DNA of 44,934 bases from a virus. The position numbers and the translations under genes are program-made. This document shows positions 1 through 6,404 of this stretch, piece by piece. How positions within the stretch are numbered: the first letter of the stretch is position 1; each line of letters starts with the position of its first letter. Below the pieces are notes generated by a model. It did no database searches, was not told where the DNA came from, and saw only the letters and a program-made list of their open reading frames with translations. Where the stretch lies: positions 1 through 44,934 of the IMG/VR virus record IMGVR_UViG_3300045988_069571. One strand, 5' to 3'.

Positions 1-119
1 CTTTTTTTTGCTCACAGGGCAATGACAACGGAGCCCTCGCTGACCTCCTGCTGGAGCCGCTCCTCCAGAAACTTCTTGATGGTCTCCCGGGCGGTCAGCT
101 TCCACATGCCGCCGTCGGC
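1..119. repeat. Terminal direct repeat, copy 1 (identical to 44816-44934)
   Basis: Base-by-base comparison by eye: c + T8 + gctcacagggcaatgac...ccgccgtcggc occurs at both ends. Confidence 0.95.
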
Positions 120-746
120 CTCGGTGAAACTGATGCCCCGCTCGCTGACCCGGATCAGGAAGGGGGACTCGGGCTGCTCCACCTCCTGGAAGGTGCGATA
201 GGGCTTGAGCCGGACAATGGGCCGGATGGCTTCGTTGGCCTGGAGCGCCACCCCCTTCTGGGTCACAACACTGGTGGCGATACCGTTGTCGTTGAAAGTA
301 ATCTTGCCGCCGGTGGTGATGTCGGACAGCAGCTTCATGGCGTAGTGGGAGTCAGAGGTCTCCTGGAAGCGGGTGCGCAGGGCGATCTGCATCTCCTCAA
401 AGCCCATCTTCACATCAGACTGCCAGCCGGGTACGTCAGTGGCCTTGGCCCGGTAGTAGTTCACGCGGCTGAAGCGCAGCTCACTGTCCGGCTGGCCAAA
501 GCAGACGGCAGTCAGATGATCCGGAATGGTGATGTACAGCGGCGCGTCCAGCTCCGACGCCTCAGTCTTGACCAGCTTTACCAGGGCGTCCAGGCTGGTC
601 AGGATCAGCTCCGACGGGTAATCCAGCTCCGGCTTGACCTGCTCGTACTGGCCCTCGCGGTCGATGATGTAGGTGTTCCCGTCAATTTCCTGGATAAAGG
701 GCTTGTTGGCGGTCTCCTGGATGTGCTGAATGGCTTCTTTCAACAT
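12..746 (-). CDS. Hypothetical early protein (244 aa)
   Basis: Long ORF, co-directional and tightly packed with the early genes. No motif recognised. Confidence 0.7.
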   Translation of the reverse strand: MLKEAIQHIQETANKPFIQEIDGNTYIIDREGQYEQVKPELDYPSELILTSLDALVKLVKTEASELDAPLYITIPDHLTAVCFGQPDSELRFSRVNYYRAKATDVPGWQSDVKMGFEEMQIALRTRFQETSDSHYAMKLLSDITTGGKITFNDNGIATSVVTQKGVALQANEAIRPIVRLKPYRTFQEVEQPESPFLIRVSERGISFTEADGGMWKLTARETIKKFLEERLQQEVSEGSVVIAL

Positions 747-759
747 GATGGCTTCCTCC

Positions 760-1119
760 TTACATAGCTTTTACGAGCTTCAGAACCGGGGCCGCGTCCT
801 CCTCAACTCCGTCCATATCAATCTGTCCAGGCAGCTGTGGAACCATCTCCACAATGGTGTCCTGGTCTGCCACGTACAGCGATGTGGTAACGGGATTGGT
901 AGCCGCCAGGGTGCTCTTGGCTACCACGCCTACGGCGATGTTCTGCCGGGTGTCGTCCGGCTTGAGGGTCAGGGTGAGCGTCAGCTTCCGGGCCGCGGTG
1001 GCCGAGGTGTTGGGGTCCAGGATATTGTCCAGGATTTTGGTGATCTCGTAGTCGGCCCGCTCCTGAATGGCCCCCCGGGCCATCTGTAAGATTGATTTCT
1101 TTTGGTACAATTCTTCCAT
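760..1119 (-). CDS. Hypothetical early protein (119 aa)
   Basis: ORF from the track, with a 13-nt gap to the next gene. No motif recognised. Confidence 0.6.
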   Translation of the reverse strand: MEELYQKKSILQMARGAIQERADYEITKILDNILDPNTSATAARKLTLTLTLKPDDTRQNIAVGVVAKSTLAATNPVTTSLYVADQDTIVEMVPQLPGQIDMDGVEEDAAPVLKLVKAM

Positions 1120-1136
1120 GCCTTAACCTACCTTTT

Positions 1137-1298
1137 TTATAAACTGGCCGCTACCACAACCACCAACACGAGCGCCGCTCCGGCAACCACCGCCAGTTGT
1201 ACCCGCTGGGCCATCGCCTGCGCCTGCTGTACCCGGCGGCGGTAGGCCCGGTAGCTGTACGCCTTTGCGCGCCTGTCGCGCTCGGCCTGATGATTCAT
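1137..1298 (-). CDS. Small membrane-anchored protein (53 aa, below track cutoff)
   Basis: My translation is MNHQAERDRRAKAYSYRAYRRRVQQAQAMAQRVQLAVVAGAALVLVVVVAASL, a basic N-half followed by a hydrophobic helix. The ATG overlaps the upstream stop as ATGA (1295-1298). Confidence 0.45.
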   Translation of the reverse strand: MNHQAERDRRAKAYSYRAYRRRVQQAQAMAQRVQLAVVAGAALVLVVVVAASL

Positions 1299-1567
1299 TC
1301 TGTCGTCACCTCCTTGTATGGGACGCCGACGATCTCGCAGACCTCCTGGCCTGTAAAATGAAGCACCCGTGCCATCAAGGCAAAATCCTGTAGGGGCGTC
1401 GTCTGAAACGACTTTTTCTTTCTGCGCAGATATGTAACAGGAACGATGCCCAAACGGTTGGCGACATCTATATCATATTTCAGGTCATTCTCAAATTTTG
1501 CTTTTTCGAGTGCCCGCATCAGCGCCTTTTCTCTGCGTTGCTGGTCTGTCATTCTCAATTTTGGCAT
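1295..1567 (-). CDS. Small basic DNA-binding-like protein (possible regulator or excisionase-like)
   Basis: 90-aa ORF. The C-terminal half (LQDFALMARVLHFTGQEVCEIVGVP) looks like a helix-turn-helix. The function is inference only. Confidence 0.5.
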   Translation of the reverse strand: MPKLRMTDQQRREKALMRALEKAKFENDLKYDIDVANRLGIVPVTYLRRKKKSFQTTPLQDFALMARVLHFTGQEVCEIVGVPYKEVTTE

Positions 1568-1582
1568 TCTGATTCCTCCTTT

Positions 1583-1879
1583 TTACAGATACCGCTCCGC
1601 AAAATCCTGTACGGACAGCCCGGAGGCGGCGTACAGCTCACAGAGCTGCCACAGCTCCAGCTCCGTGTAGTTGGCCGGGTCAAATTCCTTTCCGGCCAGC
1701 TCTGCCGCCATCTGGAGGCAGGCGGTAAAGAGCGGGAGATAGCCGCCTGAGCCGCCCCGGCCTCCGTGAAGGCGTTCGTGCTCGTCCCAGGTCATCCCGT
1801 AGTAGGCCCGGCACAGATCGTCCATGACGTGCCGCGCGGCGGTAAAGCGGTTCTCAATTTCATCTTTCTTGTTCGGCAT
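1583..1879 (-). CDS. Hypothetical early protein (98 aa)
   Basis: ORF with the SD AAGGAGG (revcomp of 1886-1892) 7 nt before the ATG at 1879. Confidence 0.65.
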   Translation of the reverse strand: MPNKKDEIENRFTAARHVMDDLCRAYYGMTWDEHERLHGGRGGSGGYLPLFTACLQMAAELAGKEFDPANYTELELWQLCELYAASGLSVQDFAERYL

Positions 1880-1898
1880 AATTTTTCCTCCTTGCCAG

Positions 1899-1927
1899 TT
1901 GACAGGCTCGAAGGAAAGTAGTACACT
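1899..1927 (+). promoter_or_regulatory. Sigma-A-type promoter candidate TTGACA-17-TACACT
   Basis: TTGACA at 1899-1904, a 17-nt spacer, then TACACT at 1922-1927. Confidence 0.45.
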
Positions 1928-1933
1928 TGTTCC

Positions 1934-2007
1934 ATCAAGCCTAGTCGGGTGGGTCGATTAGGTTTGCAGCCCTCGTCGGTGTTCCCGCACCGGCGGGGGC
2001 GTTTTTT
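1934..2007 (+). ncRNA. Candidate ~75-nt small RNA or attenuator leader
   Basis: Lies between the promoter candidate and a strong terminator. It contains an 8-bp hairpin (CCTAGTCG 1940-1947 / CGATTAGG 1955-1962). No ORF. Confidence 0.3.
1969..2007 (+). terminator. Intrinsic terminator (13-bp stem + T6)
   Basis: GCCCTCGTCGGTG (1969-1981) pairs with CACCGGCGGGGGC (1988-2000), including two G-U pairs, and is followed by G + TTTTTT (2002-2007). There is a T-run on the plus strand only. Confidence 0.65.
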
Positions 2008-2018
2008 CGTGGCATCCC

Positions 2019-2047
2019 TTGTCAGGTTCCTTGCCCCGTGCTAAAAT
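2019..2047 (+). promoter_or_regulatory. Promoter TTGTCA-17-TAAAAT with extended -10 (TGc)
   Basis: TTGTCA at 2019-2024, a 17-nt spacer, TG at 2039-2040, and TAAAAT at 2042-2047. It sits ~27 nt upstream of the ATG at 2074. Confidence 0.6.
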
Positions 2048-2073
2048 GCAGTCAAAGAGGGGAGGTGAACAGG

Positions 2074-2553
2074 ATGCCTTACACTACAGCCCAAATTTGT
2101 CTAAACGGTCACTGTATTTCTTCTGCTGTGGATATGTATCCTGAAGAGGCCCAGCCCTTCTGTGAAAAATGCGGGGCCAAGACTATCACTGCGTGCCCAA
2201 AGTGCGGTGCGCCAATTAGAGGCGTTTATTGCGAGAAAAACTGTGGTTTTATTCCTGAACTTGATAAAGCTCCGGCGTATTGTTTACAGTGCGGCAGTCC
2301 ATTCCCCTGGACTCAATCTGCATTGGATATAGCCGTTGCCCTCATCGAAGAAGATGATTCTCTTTCTGGTATTGAGCGAAAGCAGATGATCGAAACTCTT
2401 CCGGACGTTATCTCTGAGACTCCAAAAACGAAATTGGCCGTTATTCGCTTAAAAAAGGTACTTTCTGTGGTGAGCTCATTTACCGCTGATGGTCTGCGGC
2501 AATTTGCCATTGAGTTCGGTTGTGAACTTGTAAAAAAGCAATTAGGTTTGTAA
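2074..2553 (+). CDS. Multi-zinc-ribbon protein (DUF2321-like from memory), lysogeny-side moron
   Basis: ATG at 2074 follows the SD GGAGG (2061-2065). The N-terminal half has CEKCG, CPKCG and CLQCG pairs. The gene reads opposite to the surrounding early genes and has its own promoter and terminator. Confidence 0.7.
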   Translation: MPYTTAQICLNGHCISSAVDMYPEEAQPFCEKCGAKTITACPKCGAPIRGVYCEKNCGFIPELDKAPAYCLQCGSPFPWTQSALDIAVALIEEDDSLSGIERKQMIETLPDVISETPKTKLAVIRLKKVLSVVSSFTADGLRQFAIEFGCELVKKQLGL

Positions 2554-2718
2554 CCGCTTCTTCTTAATCAAGAGCCTGTAACCGGGGCACTTCTCCTGCC
2601 CGCAGTTATATGGCTCTTTTTTTATCCAGCAATCGCAGACTTTCCGTAGTTTTGCCCCACATGCCTTACAGAAATTAGCTCCTTCCGGGTTGTTCGTTTT
2701 GCAAGAAGAACATTCCAA
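2542..2718 (-). CDS. Small zinc-ribbon protein (58 aa, below track cutoff)
   Basis: TTG start at 2718 sits right after an in-frame TAA, with the SD AGGGGGTGG upstream. My translation is MECSSCKTNNPEGANFCKACGAKLRKVCDCWIKKEPYNCGQEKCPGYRLLIKKKRLQT. The CxxC...NPEGANFCxxCGAKL motif is the classic zinc-ribbon signature. Confidence 0.55.
   Translation of the reverse strand: MECSSCKTNNPEGANFCKACGAKLRKVCDCWIKKEPYNCGQEKCPGYRLLIKKKRLQT
2571..2623 (+). terminator. Putative terminator after the zinc-ribbon gene
   Basis: Outer stem AGAGCC (2571-2576) / GGCTCT (2612-2617), inner stem GGGCA (2585-2589) / TGCCC (2597-2601), with a T7 run ending at 2623 (first T shared with the outer stem). It lies inside the convergent sORF. 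Confidence 0.4.
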
Positions 2719-2747
2719 TTAGTCCACCCCCTTCCTCTCAGTCCGTT

Positions 2748-2963
2748 TTATCGGACTTCGCTTGTGGTATTCTCGTAGAGAGCATCAACAGAAACACCAA
2801 GTACATGAGCAAGGCGCGGAAGAACTGTGCTCGGAGGTTTTCGATCTCCGGTCTCCCACATAGTTACGGTGCTCGGGCTTTTCAAATCCAGCCGAAACGC
2901 AAGCTGGGCCTGGGTCAGACCGGCGGACTGCCGTAGCTCTTTAATTCGGAAACAGGTACCCAA
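2748..2963 (-). CDS. Cro-like XRE-family HTH regulator (71 aa)
   Basis: TTG start with the SD GGAGGTG (revcomp of 2969-2975) 5 nt upstream. The motif LRQSAGLTQAQLAFRLD is an XRE HTH. The gene is divergent from the repressor gene. Confidence 0.75.
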   Translation of the reverse strand: MGTCFRIKELRQSAGLTQAQLAFRLDLKSPSTVTMWETGDRKPPSTVLPRLAHVLGVSVDALYENTTSEVR

Positions 2964-2979
2964 ATTCTCACCTCCAAAT

Positions 2980-3084
2980 TCTCGTTATGTGAACTATTAT
3001 ATTCTCATATCGTGATTTTATCAAGCTGGCAGATTTACTAAAAATCTCTTTTTGTGATTGTGCTTGATTATTCACATTTTGTGA
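2980..3084. promoter_or_regulatory. Genetic-switch operator set: four 13-bp TC(T/A)C-N5-GTGA sites
   Basis: Sites are TCTCGTTATGTGA (2980-2992), TCTCATATCGTGA (3003-3015), TCTCTTTTTGTGA (3045-3057) and TCACATTTTGTGA (3072-3084). Two of them lie in the spacers of the divergent promoters. Confidence 0.55.
2996..3024 (-). promoter_or_regulatory. Early-lytic promoter TTGATA-17-TATAAT
   Basis: On the minus strand, TTGATA is the revcomp of 3019-3024, followed by a 17-nt spacer, and TATAAT is the revcomp of 2996-3001. Confidence 0.7.
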
Positions 3085-3092
3085 TATATAGT
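3064..3092 (+). promoter_or_regulatory. Repressor promoter TTGATT-17-TATAGT
   Basis: TTGATT at 3064-3069, a 17-nt spacer containing the operator at 3072-3084, and TATAGT at 3087-3092. Confidence 0.6.
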
Positions 3093-3110
3093 GTAGGCGA
3101 GGTGGTCAAA

Positions 3111-3521
3111 GTGAGAATCCAAGAGATACGAAAAAGTAAAGGAATAAAGCAGAAGGAATTGGCCGCCAAGCTTGGGATTGCGGCTAATACATTGAGCCAG
3201 TACGAAACAGGTAATAGAGAGCCAGACCTTGAAACCATCAAAAGGATTGCGCTCGTATTAGAAGTTACTGTAGACGAACTCCTTGACGCAAAAACAAAAG
3301 CACCCACCCTTACCAAGAAGGATGAGCGCGATATCGAAAAGAAGTTAGCGGATATTTTAGCAGATCTAGAGAGCGGGCAGGACGGACTTATGTTTTCAGG
3401 CGAATCCATTGACCCTACCACCCGCGAGCTCCTGGCGGATTCTCTTCGTAACAGTATGGAAATGGGCAAGAAACTTGCCAAGCAAAAGTATACGCCGAAA
3501 AAATACCGCAAGGAGGATTAA
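3111..3521 (+). CDS. CI/ImmR-like XRE-family repressor (136 aa)
   Basis: GTG at 3111 lies after the SD GAGGTGG (3099-3105) and downstream of the promoter. The track's longer start at 3054 would precede the promoter. The motif QKELAAKLGIAANTLSQYETG is an HTH. Confidence 0.8.
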   Translation: MRIQEIRKSKGIKQKELAAKLGIAANTLSQYETGNREPDLETIKRIALVLEVTVDELLDAKTKAPTLTKKDERDIEKKLADILADLESGQDGLMFSGESIDPTTRELLADSLRNSMEMGKKLAKQKYTPKKYRKED

Positions 3522-3523
3522 CG

Positions 3524-3967
3524 GTGGATACCAAAGTGATAGCCGAAGCGATGTGCCGTAAATACGAAACGCGCAACCCGTTTGACTTGGCGGCGTCACT
3601 GGGTATTATTGTGCTACATGAGCCGTTGGGCGAAATTTTGGGGTATTATAACCGCTGTTACAAGCAGAAGTTCATACATATCAACGAGGAGCTGGAGGGG
3701 TACACCGCTACATTTACCTGCGCCCATGAGGTGGCTCATGCTATCCTGCACCCGAATCTGAGCACGCCGTTTCTGAGGGCACACACAAGGTTTTCGGTTG
3801 AAAAATTTGAGAATGAAGCTGATCGCTTTGCGCTTGATTTTCTGTATGATGACAATGAACTTCTCCCATTTTTAGAGCGCACAATATCAGATGCTGCGGC
3901 CTATATGGGAGTTCCGCAACGTCTTGCTAAATATCGCATGAGTACAATTAAAAATTTTTATACCTAA
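3524..3967 (+). CDS. immA: ImmA/IrrE-family zinc metallopeptidase (anti-repressor protease)
   Basis: GTG start after the SD AAGGAGG. HEXXH is present as CAHEVAHAILH, together with the downstream ENEADRFALDFL motif. The position directly after the repressor matches the immR-immA arrangement. Confidence 0.8.
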   Translation: MDTKVIAEAMCRKYETRNPFDLAASLGIIVLHEPLGEILGYYNRCYKQKFIHINEELEGYTATFTCAHEVAHAILHPNLSTPFLRAHTRFSVEKFENEADRFALDFLYDDNELLPFLERTISDAAAYMGVPQRLAKYRMSTIKNFYT

Positions 3968-4016
3968 TTTTAACTGATTCTACAAATTAAAGCCTGCAAG
4001 AAAAGAGGTTTTATAT

Positions 4017-4685
4017 GTGAAGCAGTGCTTCTCAAAAATAAAAATTTTTCTAAATAGGTATGCAGATGTTTTTATCCCTATACTGCTTGTAGTTTCAATA
4101 CTACTTGGAGCCGGACTATATGACGCGATTACGCAGAATGTAGAATGGAAAAAACAAATTGAAACACTAAGCGAAGAAGTAGAAGAACTTGAGTCAAGGA
4201 ACACTAATGTAAAAAAGCAACTGTCTCAAAAAGAATCGGAAATAAAAGATTTAACAGAGAAAAACGAAGATCTGTCTTATTCTGATTTTTTCACCAAATG
4301 CGTCATAGGGTTAGTTTACGAGAACGACAGTACGTATTACCATACACCGATTTGTAGCTTAACGGATGAATTAGGGGCATTTAATGTTTTTTCTTCATGG
4401 GTGTGTGACAGTGTAGGTTTAATGCCTTGCCCTTCATGCCATGATGCACATACGATTGAGACTATTAGCAGACTAACCGAGGAACCGAAATCCGATCTAA
4501 AACATAATGCAGAAACTGTTCCTCCTTCAAGCCAAGAGCAGCGGGTAGAAGTCACCGTCTATATCACTGAGACAGGCGAGAAGTACCACCGGGCCGGATG
4601 TCAATACCTACGCAAAAGTCAGATCCCAATCAGTTTGGATGATGCCCAGGCCATGGGATATACAGCCTGTTCGCGTTGCTGGTAG
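4017..4685 (+). CDS. Membrane-anchored coiled-coil protein with two YH..C...CxxC motifs
   Basis: GTG start after AAAGAGG. It has an N-terminal TM helix (VFIPILLVVSILLGAGL), a coiled coil, then YYHTPIC...CPSC and KYHRAGC...CSRC. The segment is visibly AT-richer. Confidence 0.7.
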   Translation: MKQCFSKIKIFLNRYADVFIPILLVVSILLGAGLYDAITQNVEWKKQIETLSEEVEELESRNTNVKKQLSQKESEIKDLTEKNEDLSYSDFFTKCVIGLVYENDSTYYHTPICSLTDELGAFNVFSSWVCDSVGLMPCPSCHDAHTIETISRLTEEPKSDLKHNAETVPPSSQEQRVEVTVYITETGEKYHRAGCQYLRKSQIPISLDDAQAMGYTACSRCW

Positions 4686-4691
4686 AAGGCC

Positions 4692-4720
4692 ATAAAAAGA
4701 GCCGCCCCAGGAGAGGCGGC
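4692..4720 (-). terminator. Intrinsic terminator for the minus-strand sORF transcript
   Basis: On the minus strand: GCCGCC-TCTCCTGG-GGCGGC followed by TCTTTTTAT (plus A-run at 4694-4698). Confidence 0.5.
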
Positions 4721-4721
4721 C

Positions 4722-4750
4722 TTGACAAGAGAATACAGGGCGGTTATAAT
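4722..4750 (+). promoter_or_regulatory. Perfect consensus promoter TTGACA-17-TATAAT
   Basis: TTGACA at 4722-4727, exactly 17 nt of spacer, and TATAAT at 4745-4750. Confidence 0.7.
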
Positions 4751-4756
4751 GAGCAT

Positions 4757-4848
4757 GAAAGAGGCGCTACCGGCAGACGGTGGCCCCTATCTCATGTCAT
4801 TGAAGTGATCGCCGAACTTTGGAAGGGGACGGCGGTCACTTCTTTTTT
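4757..4848 (+). ncRNA. Candidate ~90-nt antisense RNA (type I antitoxin-like)
   Basis: Runs from the consensus promoter to a hairpin (GTGATCGCCG 4805-4814 / CGGCGGTCAC 4830-4839) plus TTCTTTTTT (4840-4848). Its 3' end overlaps the stop codon of the convergent sORF. Confidence 0.5.
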
Positions 4849-4922
4849 GTGATCTGAAAGACCAGACCAACAACGCCAATAATCACCAGGGAGTAAGCAA
4901 AAAGCTCACTGTATGTAACCAT
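4836..4922 (-). CDS. 28-aa hydrophobic peptide, candidate type I toxin (BsrG / holin-like-toxin type)
   Basis: My translation is MVTYSELFAYSLVIIGVVGLVFQITKKK. The SD GAGGGGG (revcomp of 4931-4937) is 8 nt upstream. The ORF is below the track cutoff. Confidence 0.55.
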   Translation of the reverse strand: MVTYSELFAYSLVIIGVVGLVFQITKKK

Positions 4923-5113
4923 CAGCATCACCCCCTCTCGCTGGAGGGGGCAAGAAGTCCCCTCCGGGATGGAGAGGCCAACCGCCTACCGTTGCGGGTA
5001 GCGCCATAATCAGGATAGCATATCGTTCGACAGAAAGCAAGAGAAACCGCCCCCGGTACTCGCAATACCAGAGGCGGCTCAAGGGCAGATGCTTGTGGGC
5101 TGTCTGCTCCTTC

Positions 5114-5142
5114 ATTTTATCGGAATGGAGGGAATTTGTCAA
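5114..5142 (-). promoter_or_regulatory. Promoter TTGACA-17-TAAAAT reading away from int
   Basis: On the minus strand, TTGACA is the revcomp of 5137-5142, followed by a 17-nt spacer, and TAAAAT is the revcomp of 5114-5119. The -35 box overlaps the int ATG. Confidence 0.6.
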
Positions 5143-6209
5143 TGAAAGTTCCAAAGGCCAGGAAACTCTCGTCCGGGAAATGGTTTATACAGCTCCGCCT
5201 CGGCGGAGAAAGCATCCCGGTAACGGCCGGCACAGAAAAGGAATGTACCCGGCAGGCTCAGGCGGTAAAAGCAGAGTATCTGGTTGGTAAGAGAGCCCCG
5301 AAGAAACCGGAGGAAACAGACTCCCCGACATTGAACGAGGCCATAGACAGCTACATATCGGCTCGGGACAATACCCTGTCCCCTCTGACTGTGCGGGGAT
5401 ACCGAACCATTCAAAAGCACCGGTTCAAGAGCACACTGTTCCGCAGGCTGGACGAAATACCAGAGTCCGAGTGGCAGGTCATTGTAAACCAGGAGGCCGC
5501 CTTATGCTCTCCCAAAACACTGAAAAACGCCTGGGGATTTATTCGAAGCGTCGTAGAGGACGCCACCGGGAAAAAGCTGCCGGCGATTACCCTTCCGGTT
5601 CAGATCCCAGCCGAAAAGCCATTTCTTTCACCTGATGAAATAAAAAAATTTGTTTCTGCTGTCAAGGATACGAAATATGCGGTTCCATGTTTGCTGGCTT
5701 TATGCTCTCTCCGCGTATCAGAAATTCAAGCCTTAAAGTGGCAGAACATACCGCAGAACCCGAAATTCATCCGCGTATCCGGCGCGGTAGTCTTGAACGA
5801 GGACAACAAGTATATTGAAAAGCGCCAGAACAAAAATGTTACCTCAACCCGCAAGGTCCCCATCATGATTCCAGAACTGGCAGCGGCGCTGGAGCGTGAC
5901 CGGAAACCATCCGGCCCGGTGCTGGAGATACATCAAAACAGCCTTCGGTGCGCCATCAAAAAGATTTGCAGCGCGAATGGGCTTCCGAATGTCGGAGTCC
6001 ATGGCCTCCGGCACAGCTTCGCCTCCCTGGCTTACCACCTCCAGATTCCGGATAAAATCGCAATGGAAATCGGAGGCTGGGCTGACGCCACAACTATGCA
6101 TAAAATCTATACCCACATTGCCAAGTCGGACATAGCTCGCTATGAGACGGCCCTGAGTGCATTCTATCGCAGCGAAGAAAATGCTAACAAAAATGCTAAT
6201 GAAGAATAA
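5142..6209 (+). CDS. int: Tyrosine recombinase / phage integrase
   Basis: ATG at 5142 lies after GGAGGG (5127-5132). The C-terminal catalytic-type motifs are LRVSE, HGLRHSFASL and the final Y in KIYTHI. It is adjacent to attP. Confidence 0.9.
   Translation: MKVPKARKLSSGKWFIQLRLGGESIPVTAGTEKECTRQAQAVKAEYLVGKRAPKKPEETDSPTLNEAIDSYISARDNTLSPLTVRGYRTIQKHRFKSTLFRRLDEIPESEWQVIVNQEAALCSPKTLKNAWGFIRSVVEDATGKKLPAITLPVQIPAEKPFLSPDEIKKFVSAVKDTKYAVPCLLALCSLRVSEIQALKWQNIPQNPKFIRVSGAVVLNEDNKYIEKRQNKNVTSTRKVPIMIPELAAALERDRKPSGPVLEIHQNSLRCAIKKICSANGLPNVGVHGLRHSFASLAYHLQIPDKIAMEIGGWADATTMHKIYTHIAKSDIARYETALSAFYRSEENANKNANEE
6175..6199 (+). repeat. 25-bp direct repeat copy 1 (AAGAAAATGCTAACAAAAATGCTAA)
   Basis: Identical to 6405-6429. 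Internally it is a tandem of AAAATGCTAA about 11 bp apart. It lies in the last codons of int. Confidence 0.9.
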
Positions 6210-6211
6210 GC

Positions 6212-6233
6212 ACCATTGTGGCACAATGGTTTT
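6212..6233 (+). terminator. Weak hairpin after int
   Basis: ACCATTG (6212-6218) / CAATGGT (6224-6230) followed by TTT. Confidence 0.35.
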
Positions 6234-6245
6234 AACAATTTATAC

Positions 6246-6273
6246 GAGGGTTCGAATCCTTCACCCGCTGCCA
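6246..6273 (+). other. attP core: 3' portion of a tRNA gene (T-arm + acceptor 3' strand + CCA)
   Basis: GAGGG-TTCGAAT-CCTTC forms a T stem-loop, followed by ACCCGCT, G and CCA. No matching 5' acceptor strand (AGCGGGT) or anticodon arm occurs upstream. Confidence 0.7.
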
Positions 6274-6276
6274 AAG

Positions 6277-6313
6277 CTCCGAAGCCTTTAGTGATAAGGG
6301 TTTCGGAGTTTTT
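6277..6313 (+). terminator. Hairpin + T-run directly after the tRNA fragment
   Basis: CTCCGAA (6277-6283) / TTCGGAG (6302-6308) followed by TTTTT. Confidence 0.5.
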
Positions 6314-6404
6314 CTTTATTTTTCAATGGTTTGCGGGCGTTTTTGAAGTTTCATAAATGAGAGCTACGATAACAAGTCGGATACTCAAAAATACCCTTTT
6401 GAAA

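Noticed and set aside
4906-5290. The 82-aa (4906..5154, -) and 65-aa (5093..5290, +) ORFs near the int start
   Set aside because: Neither has an SD, and both have an odd composition. They overlap the int start and the leader of the 28-aa sORF. The region is better explained by the promoter, the leader and int.
6198-6273. A complete tRNA gene downstream of int
   Set aside because: Only the T-arm, the 3' acceptor strand and CCA are present. The complementary 5' acceptor strand (AGCGGGT) and an anticodon arm are absent upstream. The sequence there is the int stop codon and a hairpin.
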